DNA of 35,830 nucleotides from Candidatus Flemingiibacterium sp. (GTDB lineage Bacteria; Bacillota; Clostridia; Oscillospirales; CAG-272): NCBI GenBank assembly GCA_045587285.1, contig JAZNBZ010000146.1, positions 1 to 35,830 of the forward strand, read 5' to 3'. Shown piece by piece: positions 34,230 to 35,830 of this stretch (position 1 is its first letter; each line of letters starts with the position of its first letter). The notes under the pieces were generated by a model. It saw only the letters and a program-made list of their open reading frames with translations, ran no database searches and was not told where the DNA came from. The position numbers and the translations under genes were made by a program.

Positions 34230-34630
34230 ATAGTGTTATTTTTCACAACGGTCTGATGAAGCTCCGCGAGTGCCTTTTTAAGCACCGCTATTTCGTTTTT
34301 CATGGCAATGGTCTCGGGTACTACGGTATAACGCCCGGGAGCTTCCCTGAGCGTTATTTTCTCGCAATACCACGTATTAAGGACCTTACCTTCCTTTATC
34401 TGCTGCAAGGTTATGAGCAACTCCCCCGAAGAAAGCTCCGAGGGAGGAATGCTCACGCTTCCGTCAAGAAACTTGTACGTTCTGCGCTTACTGTTGAGAA
34501 CGCATATTGCATAGATATCATCGTACGCAATATCAGAACGCAGGGTAAGCTCAAGCGGAACGTTTTCCGCAAGCGTTTGAATTGTGTTATTAAGGACGAT
34601 TGCTCGCCCTGTTAAAAGACGTATGTACAT
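34226..34630 (-). CDS. hypothetical 134-aa protein (beta domain plus C-terminal coiled coil)
   Basis: ORF packed in the late operon, ATGA overlap. Confidence 0.7.
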   Translation of the reverse strand: MYIRLLTGRAIVLNNTIQTLAENVPLELTLRSDIAYDDIYAICVLNSKRRTYKFLDGSVSIPPSELSSGELLITLQQIKEGKVLNTWYCEKITLREAPGRYTVVPETIAMKNEIAVLKKALAELHQTVVKNNTI

Positions 34631-34633
34631 AGG

Positions 34634-35830
34634 TTATACCTCCACGTTCGGAAAATGCTTCTCCCAAAGCGCTCTTATGAATCTGTAACCTCTGAGATTG
34701 TTTTCAACCTCTATGGTTCTGCATCCCATTCCCTGTGACATATACCCTTTTTCAAGCTTGTAAACGTGATCGGTGTTACCGGCGTAAATAAGCTTGTAAA
34801 GGTCTACGTTATCATCCTCGGTCCAAAGACCAAGCTCCTTAGCGGTAAGGAGAAGCACGACCTCCATCGCAAAGTCAACCTGACCGTAAAATGCAGAGGA
34901 ACGGATACCGACAGCATCGGAAATGTTGTACTCGATCATAAGACCATCCTTGCCCTCCATAGGAGAATCGGATCCGTCGATAACATAGCAAGAGAATGAT
35001 CCGTCACCGAGATCACCGATGCGGCTTGAGATCTTACCTCCGGAATGGTTATAAGCAACAAGATCGGTAATAATACCATTATCGCCTGCACGATAACCGT
35101 GGTAGCTATACGGAAGCTTAGCGCCCTTTCCTTTTCCTGCATAGTAGACGTTGCCTCGGTCCATAGGCATATTTGAAACGCTGTATGCGGTGCAAGCCGT
35201 TGTAAGAAGCTCCTTTGCGCCGGGTACTACTCTTCCGTCCTTTTCAAAGGAAGCGGTAGTCCAGACCTTCAGAAGGTTCTTAAAACCGAACGTTTCAGCC
35301 TTAGCGATAAAAGCATCGTAATCAAACGAGGCAAGTATCTTGTCAAGCTCGTCCGAGCCTCCGAAATAATGCGCTGCGGCAATACCGGGAACAACGATAG
35401 GCATACGATAGTTAGTAGGTCTGTCCATCCATACGTCACCGTAAAGAGAAAGACCGGTTCCGTAGTTATTTGCATCGTTAGCCATAAAGTTACTTATAAC
35501 GCCATAGGCGGTCATAAGAATGTCACAGCGCTCGATCTCCTCCTCGGTAAGCTCAAACCAAAGGGTAGGAGTATTCTTTGCAAGGAGGATAGCACAAACT
35601 GTCGCAGGGTACGCCCAGATCTGCGCGGACTCACAAGCAGGCTCGTTGCCACCCTTCAGAACGTGCTTAAGGTGCTGAACGGCTCTTGTGTGATAAGGCT
35701 CACGCTTACCGTTTCTCCTCTCGTCGATAACAAGAGTAAAGAAAGCGTTTGCCGCCTGATGGATCTGAGGATATTGCTCCTTGCTAAATCCTATGTAGTG
35801 TAAGATGGGAGCTTTAAGCGCTCCGAGTAA
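34634..35830 (-). CDS. 3' part of the 404-aa junction-spanning protein of unknown function
   Basis: frame is open upstream of the tracked 293-aa ORF (...LKGGNEPACESAQIWAYP...LAKNTPTLWFELTEEEIERCDILMTAYG...). Confidence 0.85.
   Translation of the reverse strand, partial: LLGALKAPILHYIGFSKEQYPQIHQAANAFFTLVIDERRNGKREPYHTRAVQHLKHVLKGGNEPACESAQIWAYPATVCAILLAKNTPTLWFELTEEEIERCDILMTAYGVISNFMANDANNYGTGLSLYGDVWMDRPTNYRMPIVVPGIAAAHYFGGSDELDKILASFDYDAFIAKAETFGFKNLLKVWTTASFEKDGRVVPGAKELLTTACTAYSVSNMPMDRGNVYYAGKGKGAKLPYSYHGYRAGDNGIITDLVAYNHSGGKISSRIGDLGDGSFSCYVIDGSDSPMEGKDGLMIEYNISDAVGIRSSAFYGQVDFAMEVVLLLTAKELGLWTEDDNVDLYKLIYAGNTDHVYKLEKGYMSQGMGCRTIEVENNLRGYRFIRALWEKHFPNVEV
35690..35830. repeat. second copy of the 141-bp terminal repeat
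   Basis: identical to 1..141. Confidence 0.97.

Noticed and set aside
1-35830. Stop-codon reassignment
   Set aside because: Core genes are full length and tile tightly under the standard code

Overview
This window is a complete, circularly assembled temperate tailed phage genome of 35,689 bp; bases 1-141 repeat exactly at 35690-35830. The sigma-A promoters, strong Shine-Dalgarno sites and gene families point to a Bacillota (Clostridia-like) host (inference). The lysogeny block holds a repressor, a convergent ImmA/IrrE-type peptidase, a membrane-anchored TerB-N-like protein, a tyrosine integrase, and an attP whose core is a tRNA-Ser 3' end. Nearly everything else is on the minus strand: Cro-like and Xis-like HTH proteins, YqaJ/RecT, a replication initiator with internal iterons, SSB, a repeat-expanded C5 DNA methyltransferase, a PAPS-reductase-like protein, a small-gene array, a RinA-like late activator, TerS/TerL, portal, minor capsid, scaffold, major capsid, neck, a very reduced tail module and a terminal membrane-protein cluster. 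The most unusual points are: (1) a papain-fold toxin plus candidate immunity gene right behind the capsid gene, with a perfect promoter placed so its transcript should miss the toxin start; (2) no normal tape measure, and an apparent terminator-tube fusion; (3) no recognisable endolysin, with an unknown 404-aa protein and three membrane proteins in its place; (4) tandem NrdR-like boxes inside attP; (5) a self-contained ~95-nt structured antisense RNA; (6) a bL33-like zinc-ribbon gene missed by the ORF track; (7) a TIR-like fragment inside the repressor. All family calls come from reading motifs by eye; no searches were run.
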